From contig CALSUG010000008.1 in the NCBI GenBank assembly GCA_943789475.1, positions 110,431 through 174,430 on the forward strand: a stretch of 64,000 nt of DNA. Direction: 5' to 3'. This document shows, in pieces, positions 1 through 9,108 of the stretch (within the stretch, counting starts at the first letter, position 1; each line of letters starts with the position of its first letter). The notes below the pieces were generated by a model that was not told where the DNA came from, did not search any database, and saw nothing but the letters and a program-made list of their open reading frames with translations. This DNA comes from an uncultured Alphaproteobacteria bacterium. Lineage in GTDB: Bacteria; Pseudomonadota; Alphaproteobacteria; Micavibrionales; UBA1664. The position numbers were made by a program, and so were the translations under genes.

Positions 1-389
1 GTTTGTTGGCTATCGCGTAATTTATCTTCAACACGGCGTTGACGCTTTTGATTGTCTTCTAGAATGTCTTGATTGTCATTGACGATTTTAAATTGATCTT
101 CAAATTTTTGACGGTCTTCATCAGATAATCCGTTATCTTCACGTTCCATTAAATCGATACGACGACTAATGTCAATTGAACTTCGCTCTAACTGTGTTTC
201 AAGGCGATCTTGTGCGTCTAAAGCCTCGTTCAGAAGACTACGCATTGTGTCTCGCTCGGTTTCAGATCGGACAAGCTTTGCGCCCAAAGTATCTAAGGCG
301 GATAAAATTTGATTTTGATGTGATGCACCATTACCGTTTGGTAATTGTCTTACATTATTGCGGTTTGATTTTTTGAAATCTTGCGCCAT
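1..389 (-). CDS. hypothetical coiled-coil protein, N-terminal part only (gene runs off the window start)
   Basis: Absent from the ORF track because it is open at the window edge. My reverse-complement reading from the ATG at 389-387 gives MAQDFKKSNRNNVRQLPNGNG...ETERDTMRSLLNEALDAQDRLETQLERS...QKRQRRVEDKLRDSQQ with no stop down to base 1. A GGAGAA RBS lies upstream. Confidence 0.45.
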   Translation of the reverse strand, partial: MAQDFKKSNRNNVRQLPNGNGASHQNQILSALDTLGAKLVRSETERDTMRSLLNEALDAQDRLETQLERSSIDISRRIDLMEREDNGLSDEDRQKFEDQFKIVNDNQDILEDNQKRQRRVEDKLRDSQQ

Positions 390-413
390 ATCTCTATTCT
401 CCATAATCTTTAT

Positions 414-431
414 GCAATTTCTAGAAATTGC
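414..431. promoter_or_regulatory. 18-bp perfect palindrome GCAATTTCTAGAAATTGC (operator-like) about 25 nt upstream of the coiled-coil gene start
   Basis: Read directly: gcaatttct / agaaattgc are exact reverse complements. No U-run follows on either strand, so it is not a canonical terminator. Confidence 0.3.
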
Positions 432-537
432 GTCGATGATTTTGGCCCCAACCCTCTAATCATCACCCTCATATCACAAAGACTATAGCAAGCTATCTTG
501 ATCATTTTCCAGATAAAATTAAATGTTTAAATATCCC

Positions 538-546
538 TGTGGATAA
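538..546 (-). promoter_or_regulatory. perfect DnaA-box 9-mer (TTATCCACA on the minus strand)
   Basis: The plus strand reads TGTGGATAA immediately next to the recR stop codon. Function is unknown. Confidence 0.3.
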
Positions 547-549
547 TAT

Positions 550-1149
550 CTAAAACGCGTTACGGCTTTTCATGGCCGTGGCCAAGGTTGAATCATCTAA
601 ATATTCAACTTCGCCACCGATAGGCACACCATAGGCTAGACGTGTGATTTTTATTTCAGGATTAATTTTTCGCACCTGTTCTGCGACATAATGGGCGGTT
701 GCTTGTCCATCTACTGTTGCGCCAAGGGCAATGATAATTTCCGTGACCCCTTCAAGGCGAGGTAATAGTGATGATATGCGTAATTTGTCGGGCGTAATAC
801 CATCTAATGCCGATAAAACACCACCAAGGACATGATAATGACCATCGTAAAATCCAGTGCGTTCCATTGTCCATATGTCACCCACGGATTGGACAAGGGC
901 GATTTTTGATTTGTCCTTATGTGCATGAGTGCAAATTGAACAGGGTGATCTAACATCTAAATTACCACATAAATCACACGGTTCAACGCGTTCTTTTGCG
1001 TATGATAATGCTTGTTCCAATGGGGCAAGATTCATATCTTTATCTGATAATAAATGAAGCGCGATACGACGTGCCGAACGAGATCCCACGCTTGGCATTT
1101 TTGACAAACGTTTAATTAAATTTTCAATGGCGTCGGGTGCTTTGTTCAT
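550..1149 (-). CDS. recR: recombination protein RecR
   Basis: 199 aa. N-terminal LSKMPSVGSRSARRIALHLL helix-hairpin-helix, a CDLCGN...CSIC zinc-finger block and a C-terminal Toprim-like region (IIALGATVDGQATAHY). Confidence 0.95.
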   Translation of the reverse strand: MNKAPDAIENLIKRLSKMPSVGSRSARRIALHLLSDKDMNLAPLEQALSYAKERVEPCDLCGNLDVRSPCSICTHAHKDKSKIALVQSVGDIWTMERTGFYDGHYHVLGGVLSALDGITPDKLRISSLLPRLEGVTEIIIALGATVDGQATAHYVAEQVRKINPEIKITRLAYGVPIGGEVEYLDDSTLATAMKSRNAF

Positions 1150-1212
1150 TTCTGAGGTGATACTAAACAGGTTGCATGTTATTGAAAAGATAATTACAAA
1201 ATAAATTGCATT

Positions 1213-1641
1213 ATGACATTAAAAAATATTTTCAGGAATCTTATTTTTGTAGGGGTTTTTCCATTATCTGGTGATATACCTCTGCCTATTGAACCTGAAT
1301 CATATTGTGAAATACCAGAACTTTATGATGGGCCGATATTTTATGATATTCGTGCAGGCGATACATTATGGTCAATAGCAAACGATTGTTATGGTGACAT
1401 GATCGCGATGGAGGAAACACGCATTGAAGAAGTCGATTTTATTCATGCCTTGATTGAAGTCACCGCCGGCCTAAACAACATTCCAATGGCGAATATTCAT
1501 CGAATTTACGCAGGAAAAACAATAGAAATACCGTATTTAACACCTGCGATGTGTGCAACGATGGAATCAGCAGAAGATTGGTATGCACTTGACGCGTTTA
1601 ATCGATCTTTAGGTGATATTCGTCCTCAACTGCGCCCGTGA
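1213..1641 (+). CDS. hypothetical protein with a LysM-like segment
   Basis: YDIRAGDTLWSIANDCYG ... IYAGKTIEIPY resembles a LysM motif with an insertion. The 3' end overlaps the converging tag gene by 16 nt. Confidence 0.5.
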   Translation: MTLKNIFRNLIFVGVFPLSGDIPLPIEPESYCEIPELYDGPIFYDIRAGDTLWSIANDCYGDMIAMEETRIEEVDFIHALIEVTAGLNNIPMANIHRIYAGKTIEIPYLTPAMCATMESAEDWYALDAFNRSLGDIRPQLRP

Positions 1642-2192
1642 TAACAGCAACACGATGTGATGTGATCATTCACCAAACCACAAGATTGCAAATACGCATA
1701 TATAATGGTTGATCCGACAAAGGACATTCCGCGCTTTTTTAAGTCTTTTGAAATTTTATCGCTTAGTGGTGTTGAGGCGGGAACCTGATCCATTCTCTCC
1801 CAGTGATTGATAATGGGTTTATGATCCACATAGGCCCAGATATAATCATTAAATGATCCAAATTCCTTTTGAATACCGATAAAAACAAGGGCGTTTTTGC
1901 GCGCCATGTTAATTTTTAATCGATTGCGAACGATATCAGGATTATTGCGCAAAGATTCTAGCTCTTCATCGCTCATGTTTGCGACTTTTTGAACGTCAAA
2001 GCTATAGAACGCTTTGCGGTATCCCTCGCGTTTATTGAGGATTGTTTCCCAGCTTAACCCAGCTTGACATCCTTCTAACACGATCATTTCAAACAACATT
2101 TGATCATCATGGGTTGGCACGCCCCACTCTGTATCGTGATATTCGACATAGAGTGGGTTGCTTTCCTTTGCCCATGAACAACGTTGTGTCAT
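1626..2192 (-). CDS. tag: DNA-3-methyladenine glycosylase I
   Basis: 188 aa. YHDTEWGVPTHDDQMLFEMIVLEGCQAGLSWETILNKREGYRKAF is typical of Tag. Confidence 0.9.
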   Translation of the reverse strand: MTQRCSWAKESNPLYVEYHDTEWGVPTHDDQMLFEMIVLEGCQAGLSWETILNKREGYRKAFYSFDVQKVANMSDEELESLRNNPDIVRNRLKINMARKNALVFIGIQKEFGSFNDYIWAYVDHKPIINHWERMDQVPASTPLSDKISKDLKKRGMSFVGSTIIYAYLQSCGLVNDHITSCCCYHGRS

Positions 2193-3767
2193 TTACGCGA
2201 ACTTCATTAGGCTAATTTGTTGTACCGAATCGAGTGCTTTAAGATCATTCATCACATCATTGGCGACTTCGCCATCAATGGCGACAATGGCAACGGCCTC
2301 GGATGTGCCTTCGATGCGCCCTAGACGGAAATCGGCGATATTTACACCAGCTTCCCCCAAAATTGTACCAACACCGCCAATCAGGCCAGGTTTATCATCA
2401 TTGCGGATGAACAACATGGATGGTGTTATGGCCACTTCGACAGGGACATTATCAATCGATACGACACGCGGAGTACCTCCAAACAATGTTCCTGTAACTT
2501 CCTTTTCGCGTTTTTCAGTTTTTATTTTGAGGCTGATTGAGGTTGGTAAGTCACCTTTTTCGTGCAGTGTTGTTGCAATGTCAATTCCGCGCTCACTTGC
2601 AATTGATGGTGCGGATACCATATTCACATCTTCCATCGTTGCCTTAAGAACACTTGCTACGATCATTGCTGTTAATGGTTTTGTGTTAATTTTTGAGACG
2701 GTGCCTGCATATTCAACCGTAATGGATGTGATTGCGTGATCGGTAATTTGCCCCATCATTGCACCCATGTCTTCAGCCAATTTCATATAAGGTTTTAGCT
2801 TTGGTGCATCTTCGGCAGAAATAGAAGGCATATTCAACGCATTTGTTACTGCTCCGTTGTTCAGGTAATCCGAAATTTGTTCTGCAACTTGGATCGCGAC
2901 ATTATCTTGAGCTTCGGTCGTGCTTGCACCAAGGTGCGGTGTGCATATGATGCGTTCATGTCCGAACAAGATGTTTTCTTTTGCAGGTTCTTGCTCAAAA
3001 ACATCTAATGCCGCACCCGCGACCTTTCCAGAATTAACGGCGTTTAATAAATCAGATTCATTGATTAAGCCTCCACGGGCAACATTCATAATGCGCACAC
3101 TGTCTTTCATTTTTGCAAAAGACTCTGCGTTAATCATATTTGCCGTTTTTTCAGTTTTTGGGACATGGAGTGTGATGAAATCGGCACGTGCGTATAATTC
3201 ATCCAACTCAACTTTTTCAATACCCATTTCAATTGCGCGCTCATCCGTTAAAAATGGATCAAAACCGATAACTTTCATTTTCATACCTAGGGCTCGATCA
3301 ATGACAATCGCACCGATATTTCCACACCCGATGACGCCGAGTGTTTTGTTGAATAACTCAACACCCATGAATTTTGATTTTTCCCATTTGCCTTGATGTG
3401 TTGATTCATTTGCTTGTGGAATTGAACGTGCCAATGCCATCATCATGGATATTGTGTGTTCGGCCGTTGTTACGCTATTCCCAAATGGGGTGTTCATAAC
3501 AATCACACCATTTTGTGTTGCGGCAGGTTTATCGATGTTATCCGTACCAATCCCCGCACGACCTATTACCTTTAGATTTTTTGCTGCGGATAAAATGTCA
3601 GGTGTAACGGTTGTGGAGGAACGAATAGCCAACCCATCATAGTCGCCGATAATGGATGCTAATTCATCGGGCGATAAACCCGTTTTAACATCAACATCGA
3701 TTCCATTTGATTTGAAAATTTCCGCCGCTTTTGGCGCCATTTTGTCGCTTATAAGTACTTTAGGCAT
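2193..3767 (-). CDS. serA: D-3-phosphoglycerate dehydrogenase (long form with C-terminal ACT domain)
   Basis: 524 aa. NAD-binding GVIGCGNIGAIV, catalytic region ICTPHLGAST and a C-terminal ACT-like tail (PGLIGGVGTILGEAGVNIADFRLGR). Confidence 0.92.
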   Translation of the reverse strand: MPKVLISDKMAPKAAEIFKSNGIDVDVKTGLSPDELASIIGDYDGLAIRSSTTVTPDILSAAKNLKVIGRAGIGTDNIDKPAATQNGVIVMNTPFGNSVTTAEHTISMMMALARSIPQANESTHQGKWEKSKFMGVELFNKTLGVIGCGNIGAIVIDRALGMKMKVIGFDPFLTDERAIEMGIEKVELDELYARADFITLHVPKTEKTANMINAESFAKMKDSVRIMNVARGGLINESDLLNAVNSGKVAGAALDVFEQEPAKENILFGHERIICTPHLGASTTEAQDNVAIQVAEQISDYLNNGAVTNALNMPSISAEDAPKLKPYMKLAEDMGAMMGQITDHAITSITVEYAGTVSKINTKPLTAMIVASVLKATMEDVNMVSAPSIASERGIDIATTLHEKGDLPTSISLKIKTEKREKEVTGTLFGGTPRVVSIDNVPVEVAITPSMLFIRNDDKPGLIGGVGTILGEAGVNIADFRLGRIEGTSEAVAIVAIDGEVANDVMNDLKALDSVQQISLMKFA

Positions 3768-3864
3768 GTCCAGCCCTCCTTGCTTTGTTTATGTCACTGA
3801 CAAGGATGGCGTAGTGCGATAATAAATAAAAGCGTTATAAAATTTTATCCCCTTGAATTGAATA

Positions 3865-4491
3865 TTATACGCAAAGATGTCTTGTTCTTGAATGATTATA
3901 CCTTGCCGGTGTTTTTGATCCCGAGTTAGCAGATCTGCATAAATCCATATTAGATTGAGGGTCGACACTCATTGTTTGTATGTTCTCTTTTGGATCTTCT
4001 GGCCTTAAAGGTTCAAAATTAAATGCACGCATATTTGATGTGATATCGCATAGATTGATTTGTTTCTCGCGAATTTCATCATATTGTTCGATAAGCCTTG
4101 TCGTGATACCTGAGGGTTTGCCGACTATGATAATTTTATCGGCGGAGCATGATTGAAGAGGATTAAAAATTTTGGAATAGCCATTAACGGGGGCGTTAAC
4201 CCATTGACCATAGTTTGAGGGCACTATATCTCGTGCACGTTGGCTTTCAAACGCAAAAGGAATCCCCTTGGAAAACCATCCTAACGCGGCATAACCATAA
4301 TTTTTTAAAAAATCTTCTGTAACAATTACGATTGGATTTTTGGCTGCTTTAATCTCGTCGTTTGCATCCAGGATTTTTATATCGTGTTTGTTGGATGGAA
4401 TAACACGCATTGGTGAATTTGCTGCGCTATATCTAAAGTCAACTTGAGGAGTTTTTTTATGTTGAGAGTGCATGTTTTTATCCTTATTCAT
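3865..4491 (-). CDS. hypothetical protein (no recognisable family)
   Basis: 208-aa ORF starting 3 nt after the stop of the 83-aa ORF upstream. No motif recognised. Confidence 0.45.
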   Translation of the reverse strand: MNKDKNMHSQHKKTPQVDFRYSAANSPMRVIPSNKHDIKILDANDEIKAAKNPIVIVTEDFLKNYGYAALGWFSKGIPFAFESQRARDIVPSNYGQWVNAPVNGYSKIFNPLQSCSADKIIIVGKPSGITTRLIEQYDEIREKQINLCDITSNMRAFNFEPLRPEDPKENIQTMSVDPQSNMDLCRSANSGSKTPARYNHSRTRHLCV

Positions 4492-4493
4492 TA

Positions 4494-4745
4494 TTAAATC
4501 ATTTTGGGTTGAGGGGTTGCTGATACTGGGATGCCAATTGGTGCACCATTATATGTACGTGTACCAGTTGCGATCATAAAATCGGCTTCCATATTTTGTA
4601 AACGTCGCGCAACATCACGAAAGCTTTGATGGATAATCCCTTTGAAATTAGAGGCAGATGTGACGCTTGTAATTGTGCCAAATCCTTCTTGTCCTCTCAA
4701 AGTTTTCTGTTTTATTTCACCGTCTTCTATTGTGTATGTTTTCAT
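4494..4745 (-). CDS. hypothetical small protein
   Basis: 83-aa ORF. It is the first gene of a two-gene orphan unit upstream of serA. No motif recognised. Confidence 0.4.
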   Translation of the reverse strand: MKTYTIEDGEIKQKTLRGQEGFGTITSVTSASNFKGIIHQSFRDVARRLQNMEADFMIATGTRTYNGAPIGIPVSATPQPKMI

Positions 4746-4780
4746 TTTATTTCTTCTTTTTCTTTCTTTTATTGCGCATT

Positions 4781-4814
4781 AAAAAACGCCTTAACTTTTT
4801 TACGAGTAAGGCGC
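4781..4814 (-). terminator. rho-independent terminator after the EVE gene and mini-ORF
   Basis: The minus strand reads CGCCTTA-(13 nt)-TAAGGCG, a 7-bp perfect stem, followed by TTTTTTAA. Confidence 0.55.
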
Positions 4815-4845
4815 TAAATCCGTTTATATTTTAACTTAAATTAGG

Positions 4846-4929
4846 TTAAACGACTTTAGCCCCCTTGCCGAGTAGAACGACGAGGAGGTTCAAAAGAACA
4901 ACAACATTTTGCATCATGTGTTTAACCAT
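4846..4929 (-). CDS. candidate 27-aa hydrophobic mini-protein (MVKHMMQNVVVLLNLLVVLLGKGAKVV)
   Basis: Found by my own translation of the 240-nt spacer; it is below the ORF-track size cutoff. It lies between the EVE gene stop and the terminator at 4781-4814. No clear Shine-Dalgarno sequence. Confidence 0.25.
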   Translation of the reverse strand: MVKHMMQNVVVLLNLLVVLLGKGAKVV

Positions 4930-4985
4930 GTATTTATAGAAACATATTTAACGAAATTATTGCAAGATATTTTTTATAAAAATAT

Positions 4986-5408
4986 TTATAAAGTTGTTTC
5001 ACTTAACTTCATAATATAATCCCATTCGCTTTTACGAACAGGACCAACTGATAAGCGCATTTGTTTTAATAACGACATTTCCGATAGATTTGGATCTGCC
5101 TTTATCTGCGCTAAATTGACAGGCTTGTTGACTGGCTTTACTGCCTTAAAATCAACCATTCCAAAACGCTCTTTAGGATCTGTATGATCGGGGTAATATC
5201 CGCTTACCACCTCAACAATACCCACAATCTCTTTGCCTTCGTTTGAATGATAGAAAAAGGCGAGGTCACCTATTTCCATCGCTTTCATATTGTTAGAAGC
5301 CTGATAATTACGCACACCATCCCAGTGTTCAACACCTTTGGCGACGTGATCATTCCAACTCCATTTATATGGTTCAGATTTTATGAGCCAGTATTGCATG
5401 AACCACAA
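4986..5408 (-). CDS. EVE (PUA-like) domain protein
   Basis: 140 aa. WLIKSEPYKWSWNDH...WDGVRNYQASNNMKAMEIGDLAFFYHS matches the EVE/DUF55 pattern. Confidence 0.8.
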   Translation of the reverse strand: MWFMQYWLIKSEPYKWSWNDHVAKGVEHWDGVRNYQASNNMKAMEIGDLAFFYHSNEGKEIVGIVEVVSGYYPDHTDPKERFGMVDFKAVKPVNKPVNLAQIKADPNLSEMSLLKQMRLSVGPVRKSEWDYIMKLSETTL

Positions 5409-5818
5409 TCTTCTTTTGCTTTACAGTAAATCAAAGAGAATATTATTCCCATGGCAATTGTGTACACAACGGTTGTGCTTAACCATGCTAGTGCCAATTC
5501 CATTGTAATTGGTGAATAGACGTACATAGATGCTTGTCCAATCCCTGTATAAAGACCTAAATATGCACCAAAACGAACACCTTCGCCTATTCCTTTACCT
5601 TCGTAATTACGTGTAAAGATAAATGCGAGCAATGCAACGATGGCAAGTCGTGCGCCCATTCCCATCCAACAAAGTGCTTCCATTTCTTCCGGCGTACGCC
5701 ATAAATTTGCGGTTTCTTCATACATAGATATTAATAAATGTTGATGAACACCGTATTCATATACAAATGTAAAAATGAATCCCGCAATCACCATTCCAAT
5801 AAAACGTTTACAACACAT
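5381..5818 (-). CDS. small integral membrane protein (possibly DUF1761-like)
   Basis: Start moved to MCCKRF at 5818, which is preceded by an AGGAGA RBS. Four predicted hydrophobic helices. The family call is tentative. Confidence 0.55.
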   Translation of the reverse strand: MCCKRFIGMVIAGFIFTFVYEYGVHQHLLISMYEETANLWRTPEEMEALCWMGMGARLAIVALLAFIFTRNYEGKGIGEGVRFGAYLGLYTGIGQASMYVYSPITMELALAWLSTTVVYTIAMGIIFSLIYCKAKEDCGSCNTGS

Positions 5819-5896
5819 TTCATATTCTCCTTTTATGTTATTCTTCCCGAACAGGATTATGCCACGGTTGCATGACAAGGGAAAGAGTAGGCTTTT

Positions 5897-6892
5897 TTAG
5901 CCTGCATTTTTGGCAAATGGACGATCCAATAATTGTTCCACCGCTTTATCAAGGGGCATATCTTCGCATAGGCATTGATAAACTGTTTCTGCAATGGGCA
6001 TATCCACGGCGTTATCATAGGCTAATTTTTTCAAAGCCTTTGCCGTATGAAACCCTTCGGTAACCGATTTACGTTCACCTAAAATATCTTGGATAGAGCG
6101 ACCTTCACCCATCATGGCACCTAATGAAAAATTACGTGATTGCATGGATGAGCATGTCAACATAACATCACCAAAACCACACATTCCCATTAGTGTTTGC
6201 TCCTTTGCGCCCATGGCCTTGGCCAAACGACCCATTTCGGCGATACCACGTGTGATCAATGCCGCCTTGGCATTTTCACCCATTTTCATCCCGTATAATG
6301 CACCACATGCAATGGCCAAAACATTTTTGACCGATGCGGCAATTTGGGCACCCAACAAATCATCCGTAATGTAAGGACGCAAATTACGACACCCTAAATC
6401 ATTTGCCAATTCTTTGGCCAGATCCTTATTCTCACACGCAATTGTGATTCCAGTTGGTAGGCCAAGTGCAACCTCACGTGCAAAACATGGTCCTGTCATC
6501 ACCGCAGGGATAGAATTTGGCAAAACATCTTTGACCACCTCGGATAACATCATACCCGTTTCAATTTCGATTCCTTTTGAACAAATCACAATGGGTTTAT
6601 TATCCAATGATTCATGGCGCAAACCTTCTAATGTCGCACGCATAAATTGCGCTGGCGTAACGATAAGAAGGATATCCATACCGTGAAGATCGCTTAAACT
6701 ATTCGTTACAGTGATATTTTCGTTTAATTTTACACCAGGAAGATATGTTGTATTTTCACCAGTTGTTTCAAAGTCACCTTTGACGTCTGTTTCACGTGCC
6801 CATAATGTGACCTGACGGCCAGCCTCAGCTTGTGCATGTGCAAGGGCTGTTCCCCATGCGCCGGCACCTACAACACCAATTTTTTTTGTCAT
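5897..6892 (-). CDS. gpsA: NAD(P)H-dependent glycerol-3-phosphate dehydrogenase
   Basis: 331 aa. IGVVGAGAWGTALA Rossmann motif and conserved KGIE, NVLAIACG and GLxxGxN-like blocks. Confidence 0.92.
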   Translation of the reverse strand: MTKKIGVVGAGAWGTALAHAQAEAGRQVTLWARETDVKGDFETTGENTTYLPGVKLNENITVTNSLSDLHGMDILLIVTPAQFMRATLEGLRHESLDNKPIVICSKGIEIETGMMLSEVVKDVLPNSIPAVMTGPCFAREVALGLPTGITIACENKDLAKELANDLGCRNLRPYITDDLLGAQIAASVKNVLAIACGALYGMKMGENAKAALITRGIAEMGRLAKAMGAKEQTLMGMCGFGDVMLTCSSMQSRNFSLGAMMGEGRSIQDILGERKSVTEGFHTAKALKKLAYDNAVDMPIAETVYQCLCEDMPLDKAVEQLLDRPFAKNAG

Positions 6893-7956
6893 TTAGCTTC
6901 CTTTTGTAATTCTTGTAATGGCCATCGCGGTCGAGCTTTTGCCGACATATCGTCTATTAATCCGCGCTTAAACCTTTCTACGCCTGCCCATGCGATCATT
7001 GCACCGTTATCCGTACATAGATGCGCAGGAGGTGCAGTAAAAATCATATTATAGGTGTCTGTCAAGTCCGTCAGGCGTTTCTTAATTGTTATATTAGCGG
7101 CTACGCCACCACCAGAGACAATGTGAGACTTGTTTTTATCCGGATAGCGATCTTTAAATATTTCTATCGCTTTTTTTACGCGATCAACCATAACATCGGC
7201 AACTGCATCTTCCATCGCTGCGGCAAGCATGATTTTATCATTCTTGTCCATATCATCCGTAATGTGCCGTAAAACGGCGGTTTTCAAACCGGAAAATGAA
7301 AAATCGCACCCTTTTCGCCCCTTTAATGGACGAGGAAGTTGGAATTTTTGTGCCGCGGCCTTGCGATCATTACATTGTGCCGCCAATTCCGCTACATATT
7401 TCCCACCTGGAAAAGGTAGCCCTAGCATACGGCCAACCTTATCAAAACATTCACCTACGGCATCATCCAATGTTGTGCCCAACAATTCATAATCACCTAA
7501 ATCATGTGCAATTAAGATTTGAGTATGAGCGCCCGAAACTAATAAAACGAGATAGGGAAACGCCATACCGTCAGATAGGCGAGGGGAAAGGACATGCCCT
7601 TCCAAATGATTAACCCCAATAAACGGTTTGTTTTTCATGGACGCAATCGTTTTCCCGGCCATCATGCCGACAATTACACCACCAATGAGCCCAGGCCCAC
7701 AGGTCGCCGCCACGCCGTCAATATCATCCAAGGCCATATCGGCATCTTTTAACGCCATATCAACGATAAGTTCGATTTGTTCCATATGGGCACGGGCCGC
7801 AATTTCGGGAACAACACCTCCAAAACGTTCGTGATCTTTAATTTGCGAAGACACAATATTAGATAATATTTCACGCTTACCAGTGACAATCGACGCCGCG
7901 GTTTCGTCACACGAGCTTTCTATTCCTAATATTTTTATGTCTGTTTGTTGTGTCAT
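6889..7956 (-). CDS. tsaD: tRNA N6-adenosine threonylcarbamoyltransferase TsaD
   Basis: Start set at MTQQTDIKILGIESSCDETAASIV (ATG at 7956). The upstream 130 codons of the track ORF are low-complexity and overlap pheS. HLEGH and GGGVAAN motifs are present. Confidence 0.92.
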   Translation of the reverse strand: MTQQTDIKILGIESSCDETAASIVTGKREILSNIVSSQIKDHERFGGVVPEIAARAHMEQIELIVDMALKDADMALDDIDGVAATCGPGLIGGVIVGMMAGKTIASMKNKPFIGVNHLEGHVLSPRLSDGMAFPYLVLLVSGAHTQILIAHDLGDYELLGTTLDDAVGECFDKVGRMLGLPFPGGKYVAELAAQCNDRKAAAQKFQLPRPLKGRKGCDFSFSGLKTAVLRHITDDMDKNDKIMLAAAMEDAVADVMVDRVKKAIEIFKDRYPDKNKSHIVSGGGVAANITIKKRLTDLTDTYNMIFTAPPAHLCTDNGAMIAWAGVERFKRGLIDDMSAKARPRWPLQELQKEAK

Positions 7957-8023
7957 CTTGAATTTTATATCAAGATTGATTAAACAAGGGAATAACAAAC
8001 AAATACCAACGAGGAAATAAGCA

Positions 8024-9103
8024 ATGAATGCAGCCGAATTAAAGGCCGAATTAACACAAAAAATTGAGGCCGCAAACGACCTGAATGCGTTGGAAGAGGT
8101 TCGTATTTCCGCCCTTGGGAAAAAAGGTGCGATTACCGACCTGATGAAAGGGTTGGGAAAAATGTCCCCTGAGGAACGCAAGGTCGAAGGGGTTGCATTA
8201 AATGTAATGAAGGATGACGTGGCCAACCTTCTTGAATCGCGCCAAAAGATTTTGAAAAAAATCGCGATGGATGCACGTTTGAAACATGAAAAAATAGATA
8301 TCACGTTGGATTCACGTCCTGAACGTAAGGGCTCTATCCACCCAATCACGCAAACAATGGATGAAATGATTACGATTTTTGCTGATATGGGATTTGATAT
8401 CCATGATGGTCCAGATATCGAAGATGATTTTCACAATTTTACGGCGTTGAATTTTCCACCAAAACATCCTGCGCGTGAAATGCATGATACGTTTTACCTT
8501 CCTGATGTTGAAGGTAAAGAAGGTGATGAAGCAAAACGGTTGCTTCGTACACATACATCAACTTGTCAAATTCGTGCAATGTTGGCGCACAAACCACCTC
8601 TTCGCAAAATCGTGATGGGACGTACATATCGTTCAGATTACGACATGACACATACGCCGATGTTCCATCAATTGGAAGGTATGGTCATTGATAAAGAAAC
8701 AAATATGGGACATTTAAAAGGTTGCCTCAAAACAATGTATGAGAAATTTTTTGGTGTTGAGGATTTGCCAGTACGTTTCCGCCCATCATTTTTCCCATTT
8801 ACGGAACCTTCCGCGGAAATTGACATTGGATGTTCAAAATCAAAATCCGAATTAAAAATCGGTGGTGGCGACAGTTGGCTTGAAATTGGTGGATGTGGAA
8901 TGGTGCATCCAAATGTCCTGAAGGCCGTTGGTATTGATCCCGATGTCTATCAAGGGTTTGCCTTTGGTATGGGAATTGAACGTATGGCGATGTTGAAATA
9001 CGGTATTCCGGATTTGCGTACATTCTTCGAAGGTGACACACGGTGGAATGCGCATTACGGGCATGATCCTTTGAATAAACCTAACCTTGCAACGGGATCA
9101 TAA
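8024..9103 (+). CDS. pheS: phenylalanine--tRNA ligase alpha subunit
   Basis: 359 aa. Class II motifs (HPARDMHDTFY-like [39 protein letters not shown]). Confidence 0.95.
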   Translation: MNAAELKAELTQKIEAANDLNALEEVRISALGKKGAITDLMKGLGKMSPEERKVEGVALNVMKDDVANLLESRQKILKKIAMDARLKHEKIDITLDSRPERKGSIHPITQTMDEMITIFADMGFDIHDGPDIEDDFHNFTALNFPPKHPAREMHDTFYLPDVEGKEGDEAKRLLRTHTSTCQIRAMLAHKPPLRKIVMGRTYRSDYDMTHTPMFHQLEGMVIDKETNMGHLKGCLKTMYEKFFGVEDLPVRFRPSFFPFTEPSAEIDIGCSKSKSELKIGGGDSWLEIGGCGMVHPNVLKAVGIDPDVYQGFAFGMGIERMAMLKYGIPDLRTFFEGDTRWNAHYGHDPLNKPNLATGS

Positions 9104-9108
9104 GCACC

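Noticed and set aside
2158-3642. Long plus-strand ORFs (193, 158 and 65 aa) lying inside serA. Comparable antisense ORFs lie inside gpsA, tsaD, rpoN (34429-34851), the SDR gene (35037-35444), gyrB, recF and dnaA.
   Set aside because: They lie entirely antisense to genes with unmistakable conserved motifs. Their products are low-complexity (S/T/P/A/I-rich) with no motifs, which is typical of shadow ORFs.
4883-4900. GGTTCAAAA T-loop-like sequence in the 240-nt spacer (possible tRNA). A similar TTCGAATCC occurs at about 23047.
   Set aside because: The flanking bases cannot form a T-stem or acceptor stem. The second case is inside the icmJ coding sequence.
7957-8349. 130-codon N-terminal extension of the tsaD track ORF.
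   Set aside because: The conserved TsaD N-terminus (ILGIESSCDETA) begins just after the Met at 7956. The extension overlaps the pheS coding region on the other strand and is compositionally odd.
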